Positions 13,391 through 30,800 of a stretch of DNA of 64,000 bases are shown piece by piece. The notes under the pieces are model-generated. The model was not told the origin of the DNA and did no database searches. It saw only the letters and a list, made by a program, of their open reading frames with translations. Origin of the DNA: the human T2T-CHM13v2.0 reference genome, Homo sapiens; the NCBI RefSeq assembly GCF_009914755.1, contig NC_060928.1. One strand, written 5' to 3'. Every line of letters begins with the position of its first letter. Position 1 is the stretch's first letter. The position numbers and the translations under genes are program-made.

Positions 13391-15250
13391 CATAATTTGG
13401 GTACTTTGATATTTTATGTACAGTATATAATACATACTTTGGGAACTTTGATAGTTTATGTACAGGATATAATGCATACTTTGGGTACTTTGATATTTTA
13501 TGTATAGTATAAAATATATAGTTTGGGTAGTTTGATATTTTAAGTATAGTATATGATACATACTTTGGGTACTTAGATATTTTATCTACAGTGTATAATA
13601 AACACTATTGGTACTTTGATATATTATGTACAATATATAATACATACTTTGGGTACTTTGATATTTTATGTACAGTATATAATACATACTTTGGGTACTT
13701 TGATATTTTATGTACAGTATGTAATACATACATTGGGTACTTTCATATTTCATGTACACTATATAATATATAGTTTGGGTACTTTGGTATATTATGTACT
13801 GTATATAATACATACTTTGAGTACTTTGATATTTTATATACAGTATATAATACATACTTTGTGTACTTTGATATTTTATGTACAGTATACAATATATACT
13901 TTGTGTACTTTGATATTTTATGTCCAGTATAGAATATATAGTTTTGGTAGTTTGATATTTTATGTACAGTATATAGTTTGAGTACTTTCACATTTTATGT
14001 ACAGTTTATTATAAATGTTTGGGTGTTTTCAAATTTTATGTACTGTATATAATACATACATTGGGCACTTTGATATATTATGCACAGTATATAATACATA
14101 CTTTGGGTAGTCTGATATTTTATGTACAGTATATAATACACACTTTGGGTACTTTGATATTTTATGTACAGGATATAATGCATACTTTGGGTACTTTGAT
14201 AGTTTATGTACAGTATATAATACATACTTTGGGTACTTTGATATTTTATGTATAGTATAAAATATACAGTTTGGGTACTTTGATATTTTATGTACAGTAT
14301 GTAAAACATACTTTGGGGAGTTTGATATTTTATGTACAGTATGTAAAACATACTTTGGGGAGTTTGATATTTTATGAACAGTATATAATACACATTTTGT
14401 GTACTTTGATATTTTATGTACAGTATGCAATATATAGTTTGAGTACTTTGATATTTTATATACTGTATAAAATATATAGTTTTGGTACTTTGAGATTTTA
14501 AGTACAGTATATACTTTGAGTAATTTGATATTTTATGTACAGTTTATTATAAATGTTTGGGTAGTTTCATATTTGATGTACAGTATATAATACATAATTT
14601 GGGCACTTTGATATTTTATGTACAGTATATAATACATACCTTGGGTACTTTTATATTTTATGTACAGTATATAATACATACTTAGGGTACTTTGATATTT
14701 AATGTACAGTATATAATGCACACTTTGCGTACTGTGATATTTTATGTAAAGTATGTAATACATACTTTGGGTAGTTTTATATTTTATGTACAGTATGTAA
14801 TACACACTTTGGGTACTTTGATATTTTATGTAGAGTATGTAAAAAATACTTTGGGTAGTTTGATATTTTATGATCAGTATATAATACACATTTTGGGTAC
14901 TTTGATATTTTATGTACAGTGTATAATGCATACTTTGGGTACTTTGATATTTTATGTACAGGATATAATGCATACTTTGGGTACTTTGATAGTTTATGTA
15001 TAGTATATAATACATACTATGGGTACTTTGATATTTTATGTATAGTATAAAATATATAGTTTGGGTAGCTTGATATTTTATGTACAGTATGTAAAACATA
15101 CTTTGGGGAGTTTGATATTTTATGTACAGTATGTAAAACATACTTTGGGGAGTTTGATATTTTATGAACAGTATATAATACACATTTTGTGTGCTTTGAT
15201 ATTTTATGTACAGTATATAATACATACTTTGGGTACTTTGATATTTTATG

Positions 15251-17136
15251 TACAGTATATATTACATACTTTGGGTACTTTGATATTTTATGTACAGTAT
15301 ACAATATATAGTTTGAGTACTTTGATATTTTATGTACTGTATAAAATATATAGTTTTGGTACTTTGATATTTTATGTACAGTATATAGTTTGAGTACTTT
15401 GATATTTTATGTACAGTTTGTTATAAATGTTTGGGTGCTTTCATATTTTATGTACTGTATATAATACATGCTTTGGGCACTTTGATATTTTATGTACAGT
15501 ATATAATACATACTTTGGGTAATCTGATATTTTATGTACAGTGTATAATACATACTTTGGGTACTTTGATATTTTATGTACAGTATATAATACATACATT
15601 GGGTACTTTGATATATTATGTACAGTATATAATACTTACTTGGGGTACTTTGATATTTTATGTACTGTATATAATACATAGTTTGTGTACTTTGATATTT
15701 TATGTACAGTATATAATACATACTTTGGGAACTTTGATATTTTATGTACAGTATATAATACATACTTTGGGTATCTTGACATTTTATGTACAGTATATAA
15801 TGCATACTTTGGGTACTTTGATATTTTATGTACAGTATATAATGCGTACTTTGGGTACTTTGATATTTTATGTACAGTATGTAATACATACTTTGGGTAC
15901 TTTGATATTTTATGTATAGTATATAATACATACTTTGTGTAGTTTGATATTTTATGTACAGTATACAATATATAGTTTGAGTACTTTGTTATTTTATGTC
16001 CAGTATAAAATATATAGTTTTCGTAATTGATATTTTATGTACAGAATATAGTTTGAGTACTTTGATATTTTATGTACACTTTATTATAAATGTTTGGGTA
16101 CTTTCAGATTTTATGTACAGTATATAATACATACATTGGTCTCTTTGATGTTTTATGTACAGTATATAATACATACTTTGGGTTCTTTGATATTTTATGT
16201 ACAGAATATAATGCATAGTATTTGGTACTTTTATATTTTATGTACAGTATATAATACATACTTTGGGTACTTTGATATTTTATGTACAGTATATAATACA
16301 TACTTTGGGAACTTTGATATTTTATGTACAGTATGTAATACATACTTTGGGTACTTTGATATTTTATGTACAGTATATAATACATACTATTGGTACTTTG
16401 ATATTTTATGTACAGTATACAATATATAGTTTGAGTACTTTGATATTTTATGTCCAGTATAAAATATATAGATTTCATAGTTTGATATTTTATGTACTGA
16501 ATGTAGTTTGAGTACTTTGATATTTTATGTACACTTTATTATAAAAGTTTGGGTACTTTCATATTTTATGTACAGTATATAATACATACTTTGGGCACTT
16601 TTATGTTTTATGTACAGTATATAATACATACTTTGGGTTCTTTGATATTTTATGTACAGCATATAATACATAATTTGGGGACTTTTATATTTTATGTACA
16701 TTATATTATACATACTTTGGGTACTTTTATATTTTATGTACGGTATATAATACATACTTTGGGTACTTTGATATATTATGTACAGTATATAATACATACT
16801 TTGGGTACTTTGATATATTATGTACTGTATATAATACATACTAAGGGTACTTTGACATTTTATGTACAGTACATAATACATACTTTGGGTACTTTGATAT
16901 TTTATGTACAGTATATAATGCATACTTTGGATACTTTGATATTTTATGTACAGTATATAATACATACTTTGGGTACTTTGATATTTTATGTACAGTATGT
17001 AATACATAATTTGGGTAATTTAATATTTTATTTATAGTATATAATACATACTTTGGGTACCTTGATATTTTATGGACAGTGTATAATACATACTTTGGGT
17101 ACTCTGATATTTTATGTACAGTGTATAATATATAGT
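15251..17136 (+). repeat. About 1.9-kb duplicate of ~9570-11455 (offset 5,681 bp); third copy at ~29290-31280 (offset ~19,496)
   Basis: ORF pairs 9726/15407, 10413/16094/29909, 10868/16549/30364; shared variants gtatcttgacat, cattggtctct, ggacagtgt. Confidence 0.85.
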
Positions 17137-20100
17137 TTGGGTACTTTGATAATTTATGTGCAGTATATAGTTTGAGTACTTTGATATTTTATGTACAGTT
17201 TATTATCAATCTTTGGTTACTTTCACATTTTATGTACAGTATATAATACATAATTTGGGCACTTTGATATTTTATGTACAGTATATAATACATACTTTGG
17301 GTACTTTTGTATTTTATGTACAGTATATAATACATAGTTTGGGTACTTTGATATTTAATGTATAGTATATAATACACACTTTGCGTACTTTGATATTTTA
17401 TGTAAAGTATGTAATACATACTTTGGGTACTTTGATATTTTATGTACACTATGTAATACACACTTTGGGTACTTTGATATGTTATGTACAGTATGTAAAA
17501 CATACTTTGGGTAGTTTGGTATTTTATGATCAGTATATAATACATATTTTGGGTACTTTGATATTTTATGTACAGTATATAATACATACTTTGGGTACTT
17601 TGATAGTTTATGTACAGTATATAATGCATAATTTGGATACTTTTATAGTTTATGCACAGTATATAATACATACTTTGGGTACTTTGATATTTTATCTACA
17701 GTATATAATGCATACTTTGTGTACTTTGATAGTTTATGTACAGTATACAATACATACTTTGGGTACTTTGATATTTTATGTACAGTATATAATATGTAGT
17801 TTGGGTACTTTGATATTTTAACTACAGTATATAATACATACTTTGGGTACTTTGATATTTTATCTACAGTATATAATACATACTTTGGGTACTTTGACAT
17901 ATCATGTACAGTATATAATACATAGTTTGGGTACTTTGCTATTTTTTGTACAGTATGTAAAACATAATTTGGGGAGTTTGATATTTTATGAACAGTATAT
18001 AATACACATTTTGGGTACTTTGATATTTTATGTACAGTATATAATACATACTTTGGGTACTTTGATATTTTATGTACAGTATATAATACATACTTTGGGT
18101 ACTTTGATATTTTATGTACAGTATATAATACATACATTGGGTACTTCGATATTTTATGTGCAGTACACTATATATAGTTTGGGTACTTTGATATTTTATG
18201 TCCAGTATAAAATAAATAGTTTTGGTACTTTGATATTTTATGTACAGTATATAGTTTGAGTACTTTGATATTTAATGTACAGTTTATTATAAATGTTTGG
18301 GTGCTTTCATATTTTATATACAGTATATAATACATACTTTGGGCACTTTGATATTTTATGTACAGTATATAATACATTCTTTGGGTACTTTCATATTTTA
18401 TGTACGGTATATAATACATACATTGGGTACTTTGATATTTTATGTACAGTATATAATATATAGTTTGGGTACTTTGATATTTTATATACAGTATATAATA
18501 TATATTATGTGTACTTTGATATATTATGTACAGTATATAATATATAGTTTGGGTTGTTTGATATTTTATGTACAGTATATAATATATAGTTTGGGTAGTT
18601 TGATATTTTAAGTAGAGTTTGTAATATATACTTTGTGTAATTTAATATTTTATGTACAGTATACAATATATAGTATTGGTACTTTGATATTTCATGTAAA
18701 GTATATAGTTTGAGTACTTTGATATTTTATATAGAGTTTATTATAAAAGTTTGGGTACCTTCATATTTTATGTACAGTATATAATACATACTTTGGGAAC
18801 TTTTATTTTATGTGCAGTATATAATACATACTTTGGGTACTTTGATATTTTATGTGCAGTATATAATACACACTTTGGGGACTTTGATATTTTATGTACA
18901 GTATATAATACACACTTTGGGTACTTTGATATTTTATGTACAGTATATAATACATACTTGGGTACTTTGATATTTTTTGTACAGTATATAATACATACTT
19001 TGGGTACTTTAATATTTTATGTATAGTATATAATACATACTTTGTGTAGTTTGATATTTTATGTACAGTATACAATATATAGTTTGAGTACTTTGATATT
19101 TTATGTCCAGTATAAAATATATAGTTTTCCTAATTGATATTTTATGTACAGAATATAGTTTGAGTACTTTGATATTTTATGTACACTTTATTATAAATGT
19201 TTGGGTACTTTCATATTTTATGTACAGTATATAATACATACTTTGGTCTCTTTGATGTTTTATGTACAGTATATAATACATACTTTGGGTTCTTTGATAT
19301 TTTATGTGCAGAATATAATGCATAGTTTTAGGTACTTTTATATTTTATGTACAGTATATAATACATACTTTGGGTACTTTGATATTTTATGTACAGTATA
19401 CAATACATACTTTGGGAACTTTGATATTTTATGTACAGTATGTAATACATACTTTGGGTACTTTGATATTTTATGTACAGTATATAATACATATTATTGG
19501 TACTTTGATATTTTATGTACAGTATACAATATATAGTTTGAGTACTTTGATATTTTATGTCCAGTATAAAATACATAGATTTCATACTTTGATATTTTAT
19601 GTACAGAATATAGTTTGAGTACTTTGATATTTTATGTACACTTTATCATAAAAGTTTGGGTACTTTCATATTTTACGTACAGTATATAATACATACTTTG
19701 GGCACTTTGATGTTTTATGTACAGTATATAATACATACTTTGTGTTCTTTGATATGTTATGTACAGCATATAGTACATAATTTGGGGACTTTTATATTTT
19801 ATGTACATTATATAATACATACTTTGGGTACTTTTATATTTTATGTACGGTATATAATGCATACTTTGGGTACTTTGATATATTATGTACAGTATATAAT
19901 ACATACTTTGCGTACTTTGATATATTATGTACAGTATATAATACATACTTAGGGTACTTTGACATTTTATGTACAGTACATAATACATACTTTGGGTACT
20001 TTGATATTTTATGTACAGTATATAATACATACTTTGTGTACTTTGATATTTTATGTACAGTATAAAATACATATTTTGGGTACTTTTATATTTTATGTAC

Positions 20101-23100
20101 AGTATATAATATATAGTTTGGGTACTTTGATATTTTATGTACGGTATATAATACATACTTTGGGTACTTTGATATTTTATGTACAGTATATAATACATAC
20201 TTTTGTACTTTGATATTTTATGTACAGTATATAATACATACTTTGGGTACTTTGATATTTAATGTACAGTATATAATACACACTTTGCGTACTTTGATAT
20301 TTTATGTAAAGTATGTAATACATACTTTGGGTACTTTGATATTTTATGTACAGTATGTAATACACACTTTGGGTACTTTGATATTTTATGTAAAGTATGT
20401 AAAACATACTTTGGGTAGTTTGGTATTTTATGATCATTATATAATACATATTTTGGGTACTTTGATATTTTATGTACAGTATATAATACATACTTTGGGT
20501 ACTTTGATATTTTATGTACAGTATATAATGCATAATTTGGGTACTTCAATAGTTTATGCACAGCATATAATACATATTTTGGGTAATTTGATATTTTATG
20601 TACAGTATATAATGCATACTTTGGGTACTTTGATAGTTTATGTACAGTATACAATACATACTTTGGGTACTTTGATATTTTTTGTACAGTATATAATATG
20701 TAGTTTGGGTACTTTGATATTTTAACTGCAGTATATAATACATACTTTGGGTACTTTGATATTTTATCTACAGTATATAATAGATACTTTGGGTACTTTG
20801 ATATATTATGTACAGTATATAATACATAGTTTGGTTACTTTGATATTTTTTCTACAGTATGTAAATCATACTTTGGGGAGTTTGATATTTTATGAAAAGT
20901 ATATAATACACATTTTGGGTACTTTGATATTTTATGTACGGTATATAATACATACTTTGGGTACTTTGATATTTTATGTACAGTATATAATTCATACTTT
21001 GGGTACTTTGATATTTTATGTACAGTATATAATACATACATTGGGTACTTCGATATTTTATGTGCAGTAACCTATGTATAGTTTGGGTACTTTGATATTT
21101 TATGTCCAGTATAAAATAAATAGTTTTGGTACTTTGATATTTTATGTACAGTATATAGTTTGAGTACTTTCATATTTAATGTTCAGTTTATTATAAATGT
21201 TTGGGTGCTTTCATATTTTATATACAGTATATAATACATACTTTGGGCACTTTGATATTTTCTGTACAGTATATAATACATACTTTGGGTACTTTGATAT
21301 TTTATGTACGGTATATAATACATACATTGGGTACTTTGATATTTTATGTACAGTATATAATATATAGTTTGGTTACTTTGATATTTTATATACAGTATAT
21401 AATATATATTATCTGTACTTTGATAAATTATGTACAGTATATAATATATAGTATGGGTTATTTGATATTTTATGTACAGTATATAATATATAGTTTGGGT
21501 AGTTTGATATTTTTAGTACAGTATGTAATATATAGTTTGTTTTATTTGATATTTTATGTACAGTATACAATATATAGTGTTGGTACTTTGATATTTCATG
21601 TAAAGTATATAATTTGAGTACTTTGATATTTTATATGCAGTTTATTATAAATGTTTGGGTACCTTCATATTTTATGTACAGTATATAATACATACTCTGG
21701 GAACTTTTATTTTATGTGCAGTATATAATACATACTTTGGGTACTTTGATATTTTATGTACAGTATATAATATATACTTTGGGAACTTTGATATTTTATG
21801 TACAGTATGTAAAACATACTTCGGGTACTTTGATATTTTATGTACAGTACATAATACATACTATTGGTACTTTGATATTTTATGTACATTATACAATATA
21901 TAGTTTGAGTACTTTGATATTTTATGTCCAGGATAAAATATATAGATTTCATACTTTAATATTTTATGTACAGAAGATAGTTTGAGTACTTTGATATTGT
22001 ATGTACACTTTATTATAAAAGTTTGGGTACTTTCATATTTTACGTACAGTACATAATACACACTTTGGGCACTTTGATGTTTTATGTACAGTATATAATA
22101 CATACTTTAGGTTCTTTTATATTTTATGTACAGCATATAATACAAAATTTGGGGACTTTTATATTTTATGTACATTATATAATACATACTTTGGGTACTT
22201 TTATATTTTATGTACGGTATATAATACATACTTTGGGTACTTTGATATATTATGTACAGTATATAATACATACTTAGGGTACTTTGACATTTTATGTACA
22301 GTATATAATACATACTTTGGGTACTTTGATATTTTATGAACAGTATATAAAACATACTTTGGGTACTTTGATATTTTATGTACTGTATATAATACATACT
22401 TTGGGTACTTTTATATTTTATGTACAGTATATAATATATAGTTTGGGTACTTTGATATTTTATGTACGGTATATAATACATACGTTGGGTACTTTGATAT
22501 TTTATGTATAGTATATAATACATTCTTTGGGTACTTTGATATTGTATGTACAGTATACAATATATAGTTTGAGTACTTTGATATTTTCTGTACTGTATAA
22601 AATATATAGTTTTGGTACTTTGATATTTTATGTATAGTATATAGTTTGAGTACTTTGATATTTTATGTACAGTTTTTTATAAATATTTGGGTGCTTTCAT
22701 ATTTTATGTACAGTATATAATACATACAAAGCGCACTTTGATATTTTATGTACAGTATATAATACATACTTTGGGTACTCTGATATTTTATGTACAGTGT
22801 ATAATACATACTTTGGGTACTTTGATATTTTATGTACAATATATAATACATACGTTGGGAACTTTGATATATTATGTACAGTATATAATTCATACTTTGG
22901 GTACTTTGATATTTTATGTACAGTATATAATACATAGTTTGTGTACTTTGATATTTTATGTACAGTATATAATACATACTTTGGGTACTTTGATATTTTA
23001 TATACAGTATATAATACATACTTTGGGTACTTTCATATTTTATGTACAGTATATAATACATACTTTGGGTAGTTTCATATTTTATGTACAGTATACAATA

Positions 23101-24179
23101 TATAGTTTGAGTACTTTGATATTTTATGTGCAGTATAAAATATATAGTTTTGGTACTTTGATATTTTATGTACAGTTTATAGTTTGAATACTTTGATATT
23201 TTATGTACAGTTTATTATAAATGTTTGGGTACTTTCATATTTGATGTACAGTATATAATACATAATCTGGGCACTTTGATATTTTATGTACAGTATATAA
23301 TACATACTTTGGGTACTTTGATATTTTATGTACAGTATATAATACATACTTTGGGTATCTTGATATTTTATGTACAGTATATAATGCATACTTTGGGTTC
23401 TTTGATATTTTATGTACAGTATATAATGCATACTTTGAGTACTTTGATATTTTATATACAGTATATAATACATACTTTGGGTACTTTCATATTTTATGTA
23501 CAGTATATAATACATACTTTGTGTAGTTTCATATTTTATGTACAGTATACAATATATAGTTTGAGTACTTTGATATTTTATGTCCAGTATAAAATATATA
23601 GTTTTCGTAATTGATATTTTATGTACAGAATATAGTTTGAGTACTTTGATATTTTATGTACACTTTATTATAAATGTTTGGGTACTTTCATATTTTATGT
23701 ACAGTATATAATACATACTTTGGTCTCTTTGATGTTTTATGTACAGTATATAATACATACTTTGGGTTCTTTGATATTTTATGTGCAGAATATAATGCAT
23801 AGTTTTAGGTACTTTTATATTTTATGTACAGTATATAATACATACTTTTCGTACTTTGATATTTTATGTACAGTATATAATACATACTTTGGGTACTTTT
23901 ATATTTTATGTACAGTATATAATACATACTTTGGGTACTTTGATATATTATGTACAGTATATAATACATAATTTGTCTACTGTGATATATTATGTACAGT
24001 ATATAATACATACTTTGGGTACTTTGATATTTTATGTACAGAATATAATGCATACTTTGGGTACTTTGATATTTTATGTACAGTATATAATACATACTTT
24101 GGGTACTTTGATATTTTATGTACAGTATATAATACATACTTTGGTACTTTTATATTTCATGTACAGTATATAATATATA

Positions 24180-24820
24180 GTTTGGGTACTTTGATATTTT
24201 ATGTACAGTATATAATATATAGTTTGGGTACTTTGATATTTTATGTACGGTATATAATACATACTTTGGGTACTTTGATATTTTATGTATAGTATATAAT
24301 ACATACTTTGGGTACTTTGATATTGTATGTACAGTATACAATATATAGTTTGAGTACTTTGATATTTTATGTACTGTATAAAATATATAGTTTTGGTACT
24401 TTGATATTTTATGTATAGTATATAGTTTGAGTACTTTGATATTTTATGTACAGTTTTTTATAAATATTTGGGTGCTTTCTTATTTTATGTACAGTATATA
24501 ATACATACTAAGCGCACTTTGATATTTTATGTACAGTATAGAATACATACTTTGGTTACTCTGATATTTTATGTACAGTGTATAATACATACTTTGGGTA
24601 CTTTGATATTTTATGTACAATATATAATACATACGTTGGGAACTTTGATATATTATGTACAGTATATAATTCATACTTTGGGTACTTTGATATTTTATGT
24701 ACAGTATATAATGCATAGTTTCTGTACTTTGATATTTTATGTACAGTATATAATACATACTTTGGGTACTTTGATATTTTATATACAGTATATAATACAT
24801 ACTTTGGGTACTTTCATATT
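24180..24820 (+). repeat. Duplicate of ~22400-23040 (offset 1,781 bp)
   Basis: ORF pair 22687/24468; shared attgtatgtacagtatacaa, aaatatttgggtgc, agcgcactt, taattcatac. Confidence 0.8.
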
Positions 24821-27800
24821 TTATGTACAGTATATAATATATAGTTTGGGTACTTTGATATTTTATCTACAGCTTCTAATACATACTTTGGGTACTTTGA
24901 TATTTTATGTACAGTATATAATACATACTTTGGGTAGTTTGATATTTTATGTATAGTATACAATATATAGTTTGAGTACTTTCATATTTTATCTGCAGTA
25001 TAAAATATATAGTTTTGGTACTTTGATATTTTATGTACAGTTTATAGTTTGAGTACTTTGATATTTTATGTAGAGTTTATTATAAATGTTTGGGTACTTT
25101 CATATTTGATGTACAGTATATAATACATAATTTGGGCACTTTGATATTTTATGTACAGTATATAATACATACTTTGGGTACTTTTATATTTTATGTTCAG
25201 TATATAATACATAATTTGGGTACTTTGATATTTAATGTACAGTATATAATACACACTTTGCGTACTTTGATATTTTATGTAAAGCATGTAATACATACTT
25301 TGGGCACTTTGATATTTTATGTACAGTATGTAATACACACTTTGGGTACTTTGATATTTTATGTACAGTATGTAAAAGATACTTTGGGTAGTTTGATATA
25401 TTATGTACAGTATATAATACATACTTTGGGTACTCTGATATTTTATGTACAGTGTATAATACATACTTTGGGTACTTTGATATTTTATGTACAGTATATA
25501 ATACATACATTGGGTACTTTGATATATTATGTACAGTATATAATACTTACTTGGGGTACTTTGATATTTTATGTACAGTATATAATACATACTTTGTGTA
25601 CTTTGATATTTTATGTACAGTATATAATACATACTTTGGGTACTTTGATATTTTATGTACAGTATATAATACATACTTTGGGTATCTTGATATTTTATAT
25701 ACAGTATATAATGCATACTTTGGGTACTTTGATATTTTATGTACAGTATATAATGCATACTTTGAGTACTTTGATATTTTATGTACAGCATGTAATACAT
25801 ACTTTGGGTACTTTGATATTTTTTGTACAGTATGTAATACATAATTTGGGTACTTTAATATTTTATGTATAGTATATAATACATACTTCGGGTTCTTTGA
25901 TATTTTATGTACAGTATATAATACATACATTGGGTACCTTCATATTTCATGTACAGTATATAATATATAGTTTGTATACTTTGGTATATTATGTACTGAA
26001 TATAATACATACTTTGAGTACTTTGATATTTTATGTACAGTATATAATACATACTTTGCGTACTTTGATATTTTATGTCCAGTATAGAATATATAGTTTT
26101 GGTAGTTTGATATTTTATGTACAGTATATAGTTTGAGTACTTTCACATTTTATGTACAGTTTATTATAAATGTTTGGGTGTTTTCATATTTTATGTACTG
26201 TATATAATACATACATTGGGCACTTTGATATATTATGTACAGTATATCATACATACTTTGGGTACTCTGATATTTTATGTACAGTATATAATACACACTT
26301 TGGGTACTTTGATATTTTATGTACAGGATATAATGCATACTTTGGGTACTTTGATAGTTTATGTACAGTATATAATACATACTTTGGGTACTTTGATATT
26401 CTATGTATAGTATAAAATATACAGTTTGGGTACTTTGATATTTTATGTACAGTATGTAAAACATACTTTGGGGAGTTTGATATTTTATGTACAGTATGTA
26501 AAACATACTTTGGGGAGTTTGATATTTTATGAACAGTATATAATACACATTTTGTGTACTTTGATATTTTATGTACAGTATATAATACATACTTTGGGTA
26601 CTTTGATATTTTATGTACAGTATATAATACATACTTTGGGTACTTTGATATTTTATGTACAGTATACAATATATAGTTTGAGTACTTTGATATTTTATGT
26701 ACTGTATAAAATATATAGTTTTGGTACTTTGATATTTTATGTACAGTATATAGTTTGAGTACTTTGATATTTTATGTACAGTTTGTTATAAATATTTGGG
26801 TGCTTTCATATTTTATGTACTGTATATAATACATGCTTTAGGCACTTTGATATTTTATGTACAGTATATATTACATACTTTGGGTACTCTGATATTTTAT
26901 GTACAGTGTATAATACATACTTTGGGTACTTTGATATTTTATGTACAGTATATAATGCATACATTGGGTACTTTGATATATTATGTACAGTATATAATAC
27001 TTACTTGGGGTACTTTGATATTTTATGTACAGTATATAATACATAGCTTGTGTACTTTGATATTTTATGTACAGTATATAATACATACTATTGGTACTTT
27101 GATATTTTATGTACAGTATACAATATATTGTTTGAGTACTTTGATATTTTATGTCCAGTATAAAATATATAGATTTCGTACTTTGATATTTTATGTACAG
27201 AATATAGTTTGAATACTTTGATATTTTATGTACACTTTATTATAAAAGTTTGGGTACTTTCATATTTTACGTACAGTATGTAATACATACTTTGGGCACT
27301 TTGATGTTTTATGCACAGTATATAATACATACTTTGGGTACTTTTATATTTTATGTACAGTATATAATACATAGTTTGGGTACTTTGATATTTAATATAC
27401 AGTATAAAATGCACACTTTGCGTACTTTGATATTTTATGTAAAGTATGTAATACATACTTTGGGTAGTTTGATATTTTATGTACAGTATGTAATACACAC
27501 TTTGGGTACTTTGATATTTTATGTACAGTATGTAAAACATACTTTGGGTAGTTTGATATTTTATGATCAGTATATAATACACATTTTGGGTACTTTGATA
27601 TTTTATGTACAGTGTATAATACATACGTTGGGTACTTTGATATTTTATGTACAGGATATAATGCATACTTTGGGTACTTTGATAGTTTATGTACAGTATA
27701 TAATACTTTGAGTACTTTGATATTTTATATATAGTATAAAATATATAGTTTGGGTAGTTTGATATTTTAAGTATAGTATATGATACATACTTTGGGTACT

Positions 27801-30800
27801 TAGATATTTTATCTACAGTGTATAATAAATACTATGGGTACTTTGATATATTATGTACAATAGATAATACATACTTTGGGTACTTTGATATTTTATGTAC
27901 AGTATATAATACATACTTTGGGTACTTTGATATTTTATGTACAGTATATAATACACACATTGGGTGCTTTCATATTTCATGTACACTTTATAATATATAG
28001 TTTGGGTACTTTGGTATATTATGTACTGTATATAATACATACTTTGAGTATTTTGATATTTTATGTACAGTATATAATACATACTTTGGGTACTTTGATA
28101 TTTTATGTACAGTATACAATATATACTTTGCATATTTTGATATTTTATGTCCAGTATAGAATATATAGTTTTGGTAGTTTGATATTTTATGTAGAGTATA
28201 TAGTTTGAGTACTTTCACATTTTATGTACAGTTTATTATAAATGTTTGGGTGTTTTCATATTTTATGTACTGTATATGATACATACTTTGGGCACATTGA
28301 TATTTTATGTACAGTATATAATACATACTTTGGGTACTCTGATATTTTATGTACAGTATATAATACATAATTTGGGTAGTTTGATATTTTATGTACAGTA
28401 TATAATACATACTTTGAGTGCTTTGATATATTATGTACAGTATATAATACATACTTTGTGTACTTTGATATTTTATGTACAGTATACAATATATACTTTG
28501 ACTACTTTGATATTTTATGTCCAGTATAGAATACATAGTTTTGGTAGTTTGATATTTTATGTACAGTATATAGTTTGAGTACATTGATATTTTATGTACA
28601 CTTTATTATAAATGTTTGGATACTTTCATATTTTATGTACAGTATATAATACATACTTTGGGCACTTTGATATTTTATGTACAGTATACAATACATACTT
28701 TGGGTACTTTGATATTTTATGTACAGTATATAATACATAATTTGGGTACTTTGATATTTTATGTACAGTATATAATGCATACTTTGGGTACTTTGATGTT
28801 TTATGTACAGTATATAATACATACTTAGGGTACTTTGACATTTTATGTGCAGTATATAATACATACATTGGGAACTTTGATATTTTATGTACAGTATGTA
28901 GAACATACTTTGGGTACTTTGATATTTTATGTACAGGATATAATGCATACTTTGGGTACTTTGATAGTTTATGTACAGTATATAATACATACTTTGGGTA
29001 CTTTGATATTTTATGTATAGTATAAAATATATAGTTTGGGTAGTTTGATATTTTATGTACAGTATGTAAAACATACTTTGGGGAGTTTGATATTTTATGT
29101 ACAGTATGTAAAACATACTTTGGGGAGTTTGATATTTTATGAACAGTATATAATACACGTTTTGTGTATTTTGATATTTTATGTACAGTATATAATACAT
29201 ACTTTGGGTACTTTGATATTTTATGTACAGTATATATTACATACTTTGGGTACTTTGATATTTTATGTACAGTATACAATATATAGTTTGAGTACTTTGA
29301 TATTTTATGTACAGTATATAATACATACTTTGGGTACTCTGATATTTTATGTACAGTGTATAATACATACTTTGGGTACTTTGATATTTTATGTACAGTA
29401 TATAATACATACATTGGGTACTTTGATATATTATGTACAGTATATAATACTTACTTGGGGTACTTTGATATTTTATGTACAGTATATAATACATAGTTTG
29501 TGTACTTTGATATTTTATGTACAGTATATAATACATACTTTGGGTACTTTGATATTTTATGTACAGTATATAATACATACTTTGGGTATCTTGACATTTT
29601 ATGTACAGTATATAATGCATACTTTGTGTACTTTGATATTTTATGTACAGTATATAATGCATACTTTGGGTACTTTGATATTTTATGTACAGTATGTAAT
29701 ACATACTTTGGGTACTTTGATATTTTATGTATAGTATATAATACATACTTTGTGTAGTTTGATATTTTATGTACAGTATACAATATATAGTTTGAGTACT
29801 TTGTTATTTTATGTCCAGTATAAAATATATAGTTTTCGTAATTGATATTTTATGTACAGAATATAGTTTGAGTACTTTGATATTTTATGTACACTTTATT
29901 ATAAATGTTTGGGTACTTTCATATTTTATGTACAGTATATAATACATACATTGGTCTCTTTGATGTTTTATGTACAGTATATAATACATACTTTGGGTTC
30001 TTTGATATTTTATGTACAGAATATAATGCATAGTATTAGGTACTTTTATATTTTATGTACAGTATATAATACATACTTTGGGTACTTTGATATTTTATGT
30101 ACAGTATATAATACATACTTTGGGAACTTTGATATTTTATGTATGGTATGTAATACATAATTTGGGTACTTTGATATTTTATGTACAGTATATAATACAT
30201 ACTATTGGTACTTTGATATTTTATGTACAGTATACAATATATAGTTTGAGTACTTTGATATTTTATGTCCAGTATAAAATATATAGATTTCATACTTTGA
30301 TATTTTATTTACTGAATGTAGTTTGAGTACTTTGATATTTTATGTACACTTTATTATAAAAGTTTGGGTACTTTCATATTTTACGTACAGTATATAATAC
30401 ATACTTTGGGCACTTTGATGTTTTATGTACAGTATATAATACATACTTTGGGTTCTTTGATATTTTATGTACAGCATATAATACATAATTTGGGGACTTT
30501 TATATTTTATATACTTTATATTATACATACTTTGGGTACTTTTATATTTTATGTACGGTATATAATACATACTTTGGGTACTTTGATATATTATGTACAG
30601 TATATAATACATACTTTGGGTACTTTGATATATTATGTACAGTATATAATACATACAAAGGGTACTTTGACATTTTATGTACAGTACATAATACATACTT
30701 TGGGTACTTTGATATTTTATGTACAGTATATAATGCATACTTTGGATACTTTGATATTTTATGTACAGTATATAATACATACTTTGGGTACTTTGATATT